Source of the DNA: Gordius albopunctatus
Taxonomy: Eukaryota
Assembly: GCA_964276515.1 (NCBI GenBank)
Contig: OZ193909.1
Coordinates: forward strand, 21,018,001 to 21,082,000
Direction of reading: 5' to 3'
Length of the DNA: 64,000 nucleotides
This document shows, one piece after another, positions 1 through 12,972 of the stretch. The position numbers and the translations under genes were made by a program. The number at the start of each line of letters is the position of its first letter. The stretch's first letter is position 1. The notes under the pieces are model-generated. The model searched no databases. It saw only the letters and a list, made by a program, of their open reading frames with translations, and was not told the origin of the DNA.

Positions 1-8
1 ATTTACTA

Positions 9-2015
<2,007 letters not shown>

Positions 2016-5000
2016 TTCGAAATGGAGGGAACCGCACACGTGAGGTTTAATTATCAATATACGTAAAAGCTTTTATGATAGCGGATACCAAATTTCTTAA
2101 TTGGCTCTCTTAGTGGACATAAGACTATAATGTGATTGGTTATAAATTATTTACCTTTATCTCAGGGATCAAAAAATTTCCAACTGATCGTAACGTCTGC
2201 CCATCCTATTTAACAAAAAATGTGCTATTTTTAAAAGCATAAAAAACGTTTTCTTATTATACCTCCACCAAAACATTTGTTGTAAATTCAAATTAAACCC
2301 ATTTTTGGCTGAAAATTAAATGGTCTTTGAGTTTTAGACTTTTAATTTAATCCTCATTTCTTTGTGCATCCGATGGAAAAAGATTGGATAATGGGATATT
2401 ACTACGAGCTGTAGACCAAATATTAGATCCGTTTATTAAATGATTTGGAAATGAAAGGGACTTGCTATTTGTTGTTAAAAAGCGCTATATAATCTAAATC
2501 GATGTCAAATTCTGGATAGTATTCCATTCGGATTCGATATTTTTATTTGGAAAATTTTTTGATTCGAGAGTCGTCGAATATTAAAATAATGATTCGAATT
2601 AGATTTGAAAGAAAATTTTAAGATTCGTTCGAATCTTTTTTAAGTTTTTATTTATTCATAAAAATGCAAAGATTAAATATAAAAATATTAAAAGCGAAAA
2701 TAATAAAATATCGATATTTTAGTAAGTCTTTGTTTGTTACATAAGGCAAACTTAGACGATCATTGCAGGTTGCAAATTCGATGATTTATTATGGTCCCAA
2801 ACCATTAACTTATTTTTATTCTTCAGTATTAAAATTATTTAAATTAACATAGTCTATAATTAAAAGTTCGCCTTTATGGCATAAATTAGAGTTTATCAAT
2901 TATTTAGTTTCGGTACCTGTACAACGGGTTATTATCTTGTTTTACTATAAATCTAGAATATTTACGTATATAAATAAAATCTCGCAATATATAAGGTTAA
3001 TGCATATCAAAATATATTATTCATAGTTTAATTATTTATCTTCTTCTTCTCTTCTTTATCAGTTATTTAGTCCCACATTGGTGGGGTTTGTTTTGATAAG
3101 TTTCTTCCATCTTGACCGAGTGAGTGCCATGTCTTGAGTAATCTCTTTAGTTTCCATGACTTTATCGACTTGCCCTTTCCACGTGACACGGGGTCGTCCT
3201 CTTCCTCTCTTACCCGGTACCTCCACGTCCAGTACTTTTGGATTTACGTCATCCGTATCCCTCCTTGGTATATGACCATACCACCTTAGCCGATTTTCGT
3301 TAATCATGTCCGCCATAGATTGAATACCCATTTTTGTCATGAAAAAGTCATTCGTTATATGGTCGAGCTTAGTATACCCCAAGCTCCACCGTATCATTCT
3401 CATCTCTGTGGTCTGTAATAGCTTTAATTCCGTGGTGTTTAATGCCCATGTTTCACTTCCATAGAGTAACACCGGTCTTACGATGGATTTGTAAGCTTTG
3501 CTCTTCAACCATATTGGCATTTTCTTGTCACACAAAACACCGGATACACTTCGCCATTTAAGCCACCCTTTTTGGATCCGGGCATTGACTTCTGTTGTGC
3601 AACCTTCTTCTTGATGTAGCATCGAGCCGAGGTATGTGAACCTGTCTACTTTTGGGTACTTTAGATGGTCATCCAGCGATGGGGTGCCTGTACCGTTCAT
3701 TTCCATGTATACCGTTTTTCTATCATTGACCTTTAAACCATATCCAGCTAAGCGCTTTGACCACTTTTCTGCTTCTTCGAATACCTTCTCCCTTATTTCC
3801 TCGCATAGTACTATATCATCGGCATATAGCATACACCATGGCGATGGCTTTTGAAAGTCCCTCGTTATCGTGTCTATAATTATATTTAAATAAAAAGGGA
3901 CTTAAAGCAGAGCCTTGATGTAATCCAATATTAACCCGAAAAGGTTTAGAGTCTCCAACTGTCGTCCTAACGCAAGAGTCTGAAGCTTCATAAATATTTT
4001 TCATAGACCGTATATATGCGTCAGGGATATTTTGTTTCCTCAGGCACCACCATATTAAGTCGCTGGGGACCGTGTCATAAGCTTTCTCCAAGTCTATAAA
4101 AACCATATGTAGGTCTTTCCTCTTTTCACCATACTTATCCATCATTTGTCTCAGGGCGAAGATTGGGTCGATTGTGGATTTGCCGGCCACGAATCGATTA
4201 GCCGATATTTCCACCTCGCTTTTCAGCCTTGTTACTAAGATCCTATCCAAAAGCTACCTTTGTAATTGCCGCAGTCCTGAGGGTCTCCTTTGCCTTTAAA
4301 TAATGGTATAATCGTGCTTTCTCTCCATTGATTAGGGATTCGCTCTTCTACCAATATCTTGTTAAGGAGGTTCGTCATGGTGGTGACTCCTGCTTCACGA
4401 CATCCTTGCAATGCTTCCATAGGTATTCCATCTGGACCATTTGCTTTTCCTTTTTGCATCTTGTTCATTTGTGTTCTAACTTCATCCTCCTGAAAGAGTT
4501 CGACTATATTTATATTTGGCTCAATTTCGGGACGGGAATCCTTGTCGTTTGCAATATTCATAGGTTTCTTAAAATATCCTTTCCACCTTTCCATCACCTC
4601 TTTCGGCTTGAATAAGGTTTGACCCTTCTCGCTTTTGACTATTTTAAGAACTCCGACATCGCGACTTTTCTTCTCCCTTATCTTGGCCAATTTGTACATA
4701 AGCCTATCGCCCCCTTTATGATCCAGTTTGTTTGCCATCTCGGTGTACGCGGCATTCTTCGCTTTTGCAACTGCCTTTTTGCGGCCCTCTTTGCGTACCT
4801 GTACTCTTGATAATCCTCCGACTTTTTTGATTTATGCCACCGTCTATATAGATTTTTTTTTCTATCGATGAAATCTTTAACCGATTGATCCCACCACAAT
4901 AGTTCCCTATTCATAGCTTTGCCTCCTTTGGTCTGTCCTAGAACACGAATCGCTGTTTCCTTAATGTCCTTAGATAGCGTCTCCTAATCGTCGTCTACGT

Positions 5001-5791
5001 CCCTTTGCAACTTCCTTGCATCCAAGAGTGAGCAGGCTTTTTGATGGTATTCTTTGTTCGTCAACGTATCCTTTAGCCTTTCGTATCGAATTCGAGGTTC
5101 ATAGAACTTTCTTCCTTCGGGAAATACTCTTCTGTCAAGATCCATAACAAGGGGACGATGTTGCCTGGCGATTTCTTCTCCCGGTATCACTTTGCAATCT
5201 TTGATACTCCATAAGTCCTTTCGCCGTATAAGCAAATAGTCGATTTGACTAAAATGCTTCCCACTTCTATAGGTCACAATATGATCTTCGCGCTTTTGAA
5301 AATAAGTGTTAACGATCGCCATGTCATATGCTTCAGATACTTGGAGAAGTTTTTCCCCTTCTTTGTTCTTCAGACCATTCCCATAGCCTCCATGATTGCG
5401 TTCATACCCAAGGCGATCTTTCCCAACGTGAGCGTTGAAATCTGCCCCAATAATTAGCCTTTCTTCCTGTCCTATTCCTTGTATTTCCTTTTCCAATGAA
5501 TCAAAGAATATGTCTTTCTCTGATTCCAAACTGTTGTATACTGCAACTGCACAGATGTTGTATACTGCAACTGCACCATGCGCGTCATACTGCACCATGC
5601 GCGTTTATTCAAATTATGTTTATTCAAATGATATTCATTATCAAGTCACTATCACGCAATCACCCCACCATCACGCGATCACCCCACCATCACGCGATCT
5701 GACCCTATATATACAAAAATTCTATTACTTATTTAGACTTTTACGTGTTTGGTAGTTAAGATTCCAAAATAAATAGATTAAGTCTCATCAA

Positions 5792-8080
5792 ATGGCGCGG
5801 TCGACTTCTTCCCTTACTTTCCACCCATATAGTCCTTCTGATAATATAGACCTGTATATTTCGCAATTTAATCATTATCATCTAGTAGTTGGCGGCGATA
5901 AGAAATCCCTTTTCTTGACGGTATGCGGGTCGGATAATTATGAATTACTGATCAATCTTCTTTCTCCTTCGGACCCGTTACAAAAGACGTTCGATGAAAT
6001 AGTGTCCACCTTGAAAAGTTTTTTCGCTCCCTCTCTGAGTGCTATTGTCCACAGATATAAATTCCACAAATGCGTACAAATAGAAGGTGAAAATATTGAT
6101 GCCTTTGCTGCTAAACTGAAAGGTATATCTATCAATTGCAACTTTGGAGCCTCTCTCGAAGAAAATCTAAGGGATCGGTTCGTTGCGGGGTTACATAATA
6201 ATAAGATTGTGGAGCGACTATTGATTATAGATAATCTGACATGGCAAGGGGCATTAGATATTGCGAGATCAATGGAACGGGCAAGATTCCAAAGCCATAT
6301 GTTGACCCAACAATTGGAACCCGTTCATACAGTGACCAACAAACACCCAGCATCAAATATGAAATGTTTCGCATGTGGGGGTAACCACCTTCGATTCAAT
6401 TGTAAATTCCGTTTTGCCACGTGTTATAAATGTCATACCCAAGGCCATATCGGAAAGATATGCCGTGTCAAACAGGTTTCCTCATTAGATTATTTCCATT
6501 TAAAAGACTCGTTGCGGCCATGCTATGCTTTGAAGGTAAATGACCGTATTTTAAATTTTGAAATTGACACCGGTTCAGCAGTCACCTTAATTAATTCTCT
6601 CAATGGGGCCCACCTTACAACTCAACCGTGTTGTACCGAGTTAAGGGGTTATGATGGTTCGTCTATACCGCTAAAAGGATCGGCAAGAGTAATCGTGCAA
6701 GAAGAGGACACAACCCACCAACTCTTGCTTTACGTTGCTGATGGGAACGGGCAAAACATTTTGGGAAGAGACTGGTTAAGGATATTTCCACACATATTAC
6801 GTCAGCTAGCTGAGGATTGGGAGCAAAACAAACCCTTCCAACGATACGAGATTAACCATACCAACGATGATGTTATTACCAATAATATTGTTAAAAAATA
6901 TCCGGTATTGTTTGAAAATAAATTGGGAGGGGTAATCGGGTATGAAGCAAAGCTTAAATTAAAAGATGAGTTGTGTCCACGTTTTTTCCGCCCTAGACCT
7001 ATTCCTTATATGTTAAAACCTAAAATTGACGAAGAATTAGATAGGTTAGTTAAAGAAGGTATCTTAAAACCAATAAAATATGCTGAACATGCTGCTCCTA
7101 TTGTAACTGTTATTAAAAATAACGGAAGCATCCGTATTTGCGGCGACTTCCGTGATTTAAACAAGCACCTCTTAATTGAAAAATATCCTTTGCCACGAAT
7201 TCAAGATATATTTGCTCAACTAGGCGGTTTTAAATATTTTAGCGTTTTGGACCTCAAGGATGCCTATTTCCAAATAAAGGTTAACGAAAATTCTCAAAAC
7301 CTGTTAGCAATTAATACGCATAGGGGCCTTTTTAAATATACTAAATTACCTTTTGGCATAGCCTCGGCCCCAGCTATTTTTCAAAGATTTATGGATTCAT
7401 TATTTAGAAATAATAAGGGAATAGTAGTTTACCTAGATGACATTATCATAGCTGGTAAAACAGTAGAGGACCATAATCAAAAATTGGAAAAGGTTTTTAA
7501 GGAATTGGAAAAATCAGGCCTAAAACTAAAATTAGGCAAGTGTAAATTTTTGGAAAAAAAAGTGGAATATTTAGGACATACCATTAGTAAAGACGGAATT
7601 TTTACCACTGACAAGAATACTAAAGCAATTTTAGCAGCACCAGCCCCAACTAAAATAAAAGAATTACAATCTTTTTTAGGTATGGCAACATACTACGCAA
7701 AATTTATAAAAAATTTCTCTTCTTTAGCACAACCTCTTTATAAACTGCTAAGGAAAACAGTAACTTGGAATTGGTCCATAGACTGTACAAATGCATTCAA
7801 TGACATTAAAAAAGCCATTATCAAGGCCCCGATATTAAAACATTTTGACCCCGAGTTACCGCTAATACTCTCAACGGATGCTTCATCTGAGGGACTCGGC
7901 GCAGTACTTTCCCACGAAATTAAAGGTTATCAGCACCCTATTGCTTTTGCGTCCCGCACCCTTAACACTGCTGAAAGAAATTATAGCCAAATTGAAAAAG
8001 AAGCTTTAGCCATCATTTATGCCTTTAATAAATTTAAGGAATATTTATATGGCCTCCATTTTACATTACTCCAGATCTAG
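5792..8080 (+). CDS. Gypsy gag-pol polyprotein (Gag with two CCHC knuckles, protease DTG, RT YLDD, truncated RNase H)
   Basis: CFACGGNH...CYKCHTQGHIGKIC, EIDTGSA, LDLKDAY, LPFG, YLDD, TDAS, EKEALA; the ORF ends just before the expected TDH motif. Confidence 0.9.
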   Translation: MARSTSSLTFHPYSPSDNIDLYISQFNHYHLVVGGDKKSLFLTVCGSDNYELLINLLSPSDPLQKTFDEIVSTLKSFFAPSLSAIVHRYKFHKCVQIEGENIDAFAAKLKGISINCNFGASLEENLRDRFVAGLHNNKIVERLLIIDNLTWQGALDIARSMERARFQSHMLTQQLEPVHTVTNKHPASNMKCFACGGNHLRFNCKFRFATCYKCHTQGHIGKICRVKQVSSLDYFHLKDSLRPCYALKVNDRILNFEIDTGSAVTLINSLNGAHLTTQPCCTELRGYDGSSIPLKGSARVIVQEEDTTHQLLLYVADGNGQNILGRDWLRIFPHILRQLAEDWEQNKPFQRYEINHTNDDVITNNIVKKYPVLFENKLGGVIGYEAKLKLKDELCPRFFRPRPIPYMLKPKIDEELDRLVKEGILKPIKYAEHAAPIVTVIKNNGSIRICGDFRDLNKHLLIEKYPLPRIQDIFAQLGGFKYFSVLDLKDAYFQIKVNENSQNLLAINTHRGLFKYTKLPFGIASAPAIFQRFMDSLFRNNKGIVVYLDDIIIAGKTVEDHNQKLEKVFKELEKSGLKLKLGKCKFLEKKVEYLGHTISKDGIFTTDKNTKAILAAPAPTKIKELQSFLGMATYYAKFIKNFSSLAQPLYKLLRKTVTWNWSIDCTNAFNDIKKAIIKAPILKHFDPELPLILSTDASSEGLGAVLSHEIKGYQHPIAFASRTLNTAERNYSQIEKEALAIIYAFNKFKEYLYGLHFTLLQI

Positions 8081-8178
8081 TAGTTTACCAACAACGGCAA
8101 AGAGAACTCACCACCTTAAAAGGCTGCATATTTTGGGGATACAGAATTATTATTCCTCAAGGATTAAGGCAAACCATT

Positions 8179-9330
8179 TTGAAACTAATCCACTTAGGAC
8201 ACCCAGGCATGAGTCGTTCAAAAATTTTGGCTCGTCAACATCTCTGGTATCCAGGTATTGATAAAGATATAGAAGCTTATGTTCATAACTGTGCGGATTG
8301 TCAACAATGGTTTACTGGCACAACCGAATTAGCAACGCAAAAATGGGAAAACCCGGGAAAACCATGGTCTAGATTACATGCCGATTTTTGCGGACCAATT
8401 AATGGGTATTATTACCTAATTTTAATTGACGCCTACAGTAAATGGCCCGAGGTGATCCCTATGACAACGATAACAACATCAAGCACTATTAACGCTCTCG
8501 AAGCTATTTTCTCAAGGTTCGGAGTACCTAGCACCCTGGCTACAGACAATGGGCCTCAATTTACAAGCACCGCATTTAAAACATACTGCAAAACAAATAG
8601 CATTCGTAACGCATATTCCAGCCCGTATCATCCTCGATCCAACGGAGAAGCTGAACGTTTTGTTCGAACATTTAAGGAGTTCTTGAACAAAACTAAAAAT
8701 TTTAAAAACGATAAATTATATAACTTTCTGTTTTCTTATAGGAATACCATTCACCCAACAACTGGATTAACTCCAGCCAATCTATTAATCAAAATACAAC
8801 CAATCGGTCCATTAAATTTACTCAAACCACATGTAACTGGTCTTGACAAAGACGAGTTGGCACCCATCAAACGGAAATTTATAATTGGAGATAGAGTGTG
8901 GGTTAGAACTTTCACAACTAATGATAAATTATGGGCAACGGGAAAAATAGTAAAAATCTTAGGCCCTGTATCATACATGGTAGAAATGGATACTGGAGCA
9001 TTATGCAAGAGACATGGTGATCATATTAGAAAATCTTTAGATGACGCAAACACGCTAAACGATGAGGATCGATGGGCTGACATTTCACACGCAATACCGG
9101 GTGATCTACCACAACATGAACCCAGTGATTTACTTGACGCCACCATCCCGCAATACCCTAACCTACCACATGATGAAGCTAGCGATAATATGCTAGTTTC
9201 TATTCCACCCCTGCCCTCATCTCTACCCCCTCGTACGGACTCCCCTCATTCATCTATACCCTCACCCGAAATAACGGTCCGGCGATCTACACGAATCCGA
9301 AAACCTATAGAAAGATACGGAATAACTTAA
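8179..9330 (+). CDS. Gypsy integrase (HHCC, DDE core, C-terminal extension), out of frame with the upstream pol
   Basis: HLGHPG...CADC, RLHADFCGP, TDNGPQF, SNGEAERFVRTFK. Confidence 0.88.
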   Translation: MKLIHLGHPGMSRSKILARQHLWYPGIDKDIEAYVHNCADCQQWFTGTTELATQKWENPGKPWSRLHADFCGPINGYYYLILIDAYSKWPEVIPMTTITTSSTINALEAIFSRFGVPSTLATDNGPQFTSTAFKTYCKTNSIRNAYSSPYHPRSNGEAERFVRTFKEFLNKTKNFKNDKLYNFLFSYRNTIHPTTGLTPANLLIKIQPIGPLNLLKPHVTGLDKDELAPIKRKFIIGDRVWVRTFTTNDKLWATGKIVKILGPVSYMVEMDTGALCKRHGDHIRKSLDDANTLNDEDRWADISHAIPGDLPQHEPSDLLDATIPQYPNLPHDEASDNMLVSIPPLPSSLPPRTDSPHSSIPSPEITVRRSTRIRKPIERYGIT

Positions 9331-10819
9331 GGGGGTAGGAGATGTTGTATACTGCAACTGCACAGATGTTGTATACTGCAACTGCACCATGCGCGTCATA
9401 CTGCACCATGCGCGTTTATTCAAATTATGTTTATTCAAATGATATTCATTATCAAGTCACTATCACGCAATCACCCCACCATCACGCGATCACCCCACCA
9501 TCACGCGATCTGACCCTATATATACAAAAATTCTATTACTTATTTAGACTTTTACGTGTTTGGTAGTTAAGATTCCAAAATAAATAGATTAAGTCTCATC
9601 ACAAACATCCAATTTGGGGGGCATAGGCGCACATAACGGTTAGGAGGCCGCTTTGATCTGCAATCTTCACCCACATTAGCCTGTCGGAACAACGCTTTAC
9701 TTCCACCACCTTGTCCTTGAACGATTAACTTAGAACGATACCGACCCCGTTTCTACGATTTGATGACCCACTGTAGAAAAGCTTGTATCCATCTCCTAAT
9801 TCCTGAGCTTTCGTTTCGTTCCACCTCGTCTCTTGTAGGCAGGCGATGTGTACCTTTCTTCTTTTTAGCATCTGTGCGACCTCGATGCTCTTCCCCGTCA
9901 ACGTTCCCACATTCCAGCAAGTAATTCGCATTCTTTCCACAACTAGTTTCCTTAACCGCCTTCGTTGTGAGTTGGGCAGTAACCCTAGTGTATTTTTCAC
10001 ATTGAACGGGCGGGGTATGCAGTGCGCGTCGTTTGTGGAGGACGCCCTAGCCCTTTCTTGTGAAATCCTGTTTGAAACTATCATAGTTTTGGAGTTGATT
10101 TTTATAGCCGGTTTCCGACCTGACGCCAATCCTCCACTTTTTGCACACGGACTTGGGACCGTCGTAATGTTAAAGTTTAATGGATAAGTACAAAAAATAA
10201 TAATAAACATTAAATAATAGTTGATCTAAAATGTTAGCAAAAATATTGGAATATTTTTTTGAAGTTGAATCCCATATTATATGTAAAATGATATTTTTAT
10301 ATTTTGTGTGTGCTTATAAAATTAAAATTTAGTGATCGGAGAAAATAACTAATTTGCGGAAAGATGAAAACAACTTAATTATTTTGGGCTTGTATATTTA
10401 AAATAACTATCAAATATAAATAATTTTTCGAATCCCTTTTTAAAGATTCAATTCGGATTTTCGAATCTCACCAGGTAAATATTCGAGTCAAAATTTAGAC
10501 CTAAGGATTCGAATTTTTGAATCGAATCCGAATCTAATCTCGAATCAAGTATTTCCCAGAGGTGTACTTTCCACCATACCAATATTTCAATTTTTTCTCG
10601 TTGATCTTTAACTTTATGTAGGTCTCAATTTCCTTTACTTTATAAAATTATTTATGAATATTTTCAGCTATTAGGAGTAGATTTTTTTTGTTCCATACTC
10701 AATTGTTTGTATATTAGAAAAAGCGCAAAAGGAAATTAATTAATTTTTTGTAAAGATTGTTTTAAACAGAACAAAGAACTACTTAAGCTACAACTTCTAA
10801 ATTATTTACTTCTAAATTA

Positions 10820-10905
10820 TTCCGGGCCGGGCCTTTTCCGGGTCGGGCCTTTTCCGGGCTGGGCTTTTTCCGGGCCGGGCCTCGGGCCGCCCGTGCAGGT
10901 CTCTA
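10820..10905. mobile_element. Isolated end of a hAT-like MITE (same family as 54300-54929)
   Basis: Four CCGGGYYGGGC subterminal repeats followed by the terminal TGCAGGTCTCTA; a similar end occurs at ~61440-61485. Confidence 0.55.
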
Positions 10906-12556
10906 ATGGCCATTAAAAAATCTTACACTTTGATAAAGCCCTAAATCGCCCGCCATAGTTTGTCCGATATCACTTGGATAAATATGAAACTTCCAACCAG
11001 AGAGCAGAAAAGCCGGGCGCGGTCCGCTGCCTAAAATTGCCCGCCCGGCCTATAGATTGTACCGGGGCTGATAACTGTCATGAATTTAGATTTTCACGTA
11101 AAAATTTCGAGCAATTCGGGCTTAATTATATCTTCAAATAATGTATTTTGTTTTTGCGTATTAATTTGTCATTTTTTAAATGATTTTATATTAGTTGTTA
11201 ATCCTCTTTCTTCATAATTTAACGATATTGCCGCTAAAAATTTAACAAACCTTATTTTGGGGCAGGCATTTTGGACATCTACTATGATTCGGGTTTCGCT
11301 GGGTGGACGCTACAAGGCCGGCAATTGGGTTATAAAATTAGAGCGGGCCTGGTTTGGGCAGGTTTGGTAAAACAAATCTAACCTCTGCCTCCGCTCTCTA
11401 ATCCTTTTTAGCGAGTTAATTCAAAGGGAATCCATTAAAATGTGACAAGAGCCCCCAAAAGTGAATAAGAAACGATTAAGGGAACTTTTATTGACCATCT
11501 ATAATAATCTAGGGATTCAATTTTTACTATTTCGATTCTTCCCTGACCAGGGTATCTTGATTTCCTTAATAGTTTCTCCTTCAATTATTCCTCAACTCAG
11601 ATATTTTCAAGTGCAAATCCTATTTTTGGAATCAAAATGTGTTAGAATCTTTTAATTATATCTCTATTCATGACATTTAAATTCTTGATAAGATATTTTT
11701 TGTGGACAAACCCCAACTCTGATCTTAACACACTTTCTTAATTTTTAATAAAGTCCTTATAAATGTTTTTGAACATTAGGTAGAATTCTAGATTATAACA
11801 AAAAATACCATGGCATTGCAGCCCTTCTAGCCCCTTACCTCCAGCACCCTCTCACTCAAATTTTTTATCGCCCTTGGAGAGGTGATATTAACTAATTTGA
11901 GAATCATTGTTTTAAATCATTCGAATATAAGGCTGAAGGACCCAATTTTTAATTGTTTTAGGTCGGTTTTAGCCATAGATCACATAGATTCCTCTTCAGA
12001 GCTAAAAAAGTGTACGCCTAAAAAGTTTATGAGGCACTCAGGGTCCCCGATAGCTGCGCCTAAAACATACATATTGTCTTTTTTAATTTTGGCAAAGCCA
12101 AAAAACTTTGGGTGAATATTATCCAAGTCAGAATATATTTCACTTTTAGAGGCGTTTAAACGTAAGTTTAAAGTGAGGAAAAAAGCATGTATAAGGCCTA
12201 GGCTATGTATTCTCGATTCTAAGTAATAAATAACAAATCGTAAAAACGCAATTCTTAAACGTTCGAGCGCTAACACCGCGTTCGTTAATTCGTGTGTTAT
12301 TAGAAATTAGTAAATAAATTGCAGGTTAATGATATAATTTAGAAGATAATAGCAACTCCTTTCAGGAGTGCCCGCAATTAAATTATATCATTAACCTGCA
12401 ATTTATTTGCTAATTTCTAATATAATAAAACAAAATAATTATTACTACCATAATTATGGGGGTTATTTCATAGCCACCATAATTATGGATTAAATCTAAT
12501 TTGTGCCTTATATATGACACCTATCTCGCTTACTATGTGACTAGAAAATTAACTAT

Positions 12557-12597
12557 GGCATACTGATGAGCTCTAACAAGAGCGAAAACGTTATGTC
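12557..12597 (+). ncRNA. Type I hammerhead ribozyme motif (copy 1; stem III minimal or degenerate)
   Basis: GGCATA-CTGATGA-GCTCT-AACA-AGAGC-GAAA-ACGT-TATGTC: conserved core CUGAUGA and GAAA, 5-bp stem II, stem I GGCATA/TATGTC. Confidence 0.7.
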
Positions 12598-12929
12598 TGT
12601 TATCATTTTCGAGTCACATACTAAAAAAGATAGGGATATACATAGTTCAAATTAGTCTCTAATTAAAATTGCCTATAGATGGCATGGCGCTAATTAGAGT
12701 ATTTTTGTAATTTAATTGCGGGCACTCCTGAAAGGGGTTGTTATTATCTTCTAAAGTATATCATTAACCTGCAATTTATTTGCTAATTTCTAATATAATA
12801 AAACAAAATAATTATTACTACCATAATTATGGGGGTTATTTCATAGCCACCATAATTATGGATTAAATCTAATTTGTGCCTTATATATGACACCTATCTC
12901 GCTTAGTGTGTGACTAGAAAATTAACTAT

Positions 12930-12972
12930 GGCATACTGATGAGCTCTAATAAGAGCGAAAACGCTGTATGTC
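12930..12972 (+). ncRNA. Type I hammerhead ribozyme motif (copy 2)
   Basis: GGCATA-CTGATGA-GCTCT-AATA-AGAGC-GAAA-ACGCTG-TATGTC; differs from copy 1 only in the stem II loop and the stem III region. Confidence 0.7.

Larger units (their letters stand above)
5532..9601 (+). mobile_element. Ty3/Gypsy (Mag-like) LTR retrotransposon, recent insertion, internally deleted
   Basis: Identical 259-bp LTRs 5532-5790 and 9343-9601 (TG...CA); 5-bp TSD CAAAC (5527-5531, 9602-9606); PBS TGGCGCGGTCG; PPT AAGGGGGTAGGAGA; domain order gag-PR-RT-RH-IN. Confidence 0.97.
3039..10166 (-). mobile_element. RTE-clade non-LTR retrotransposon (family A, copy 1), full length but with stops/frameshifts; interrupted by a Gypsy element at 5532-9601
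   Basis: APE endonuclease (TCWNVGTL, CLQETRW, GADFNAH, SQIDY) and RT (FIDLEKAYD, HQGSALSP, LYADD) fragments; RGRGRPR C-terminus; (GAA)n 3' tail at ~3039-3056; RTE-type 5' motif CGGTCCCAAG. Confidence 0.93.

Noticed and set aside
5435..5755. ORFs across the Gypsy LTRs (also 9342-9566, 25874-26068, 29493-29753)
   Set aside because: Incidental frames in LTR sequence, duplicated only because the LTRs are.
10820..10890. Short GC-rich repeats resembling a CRISPR array or satellite
   Set aside because: No spacers; eukaryotic context; they are subterminal repeats of a hAT-like end.
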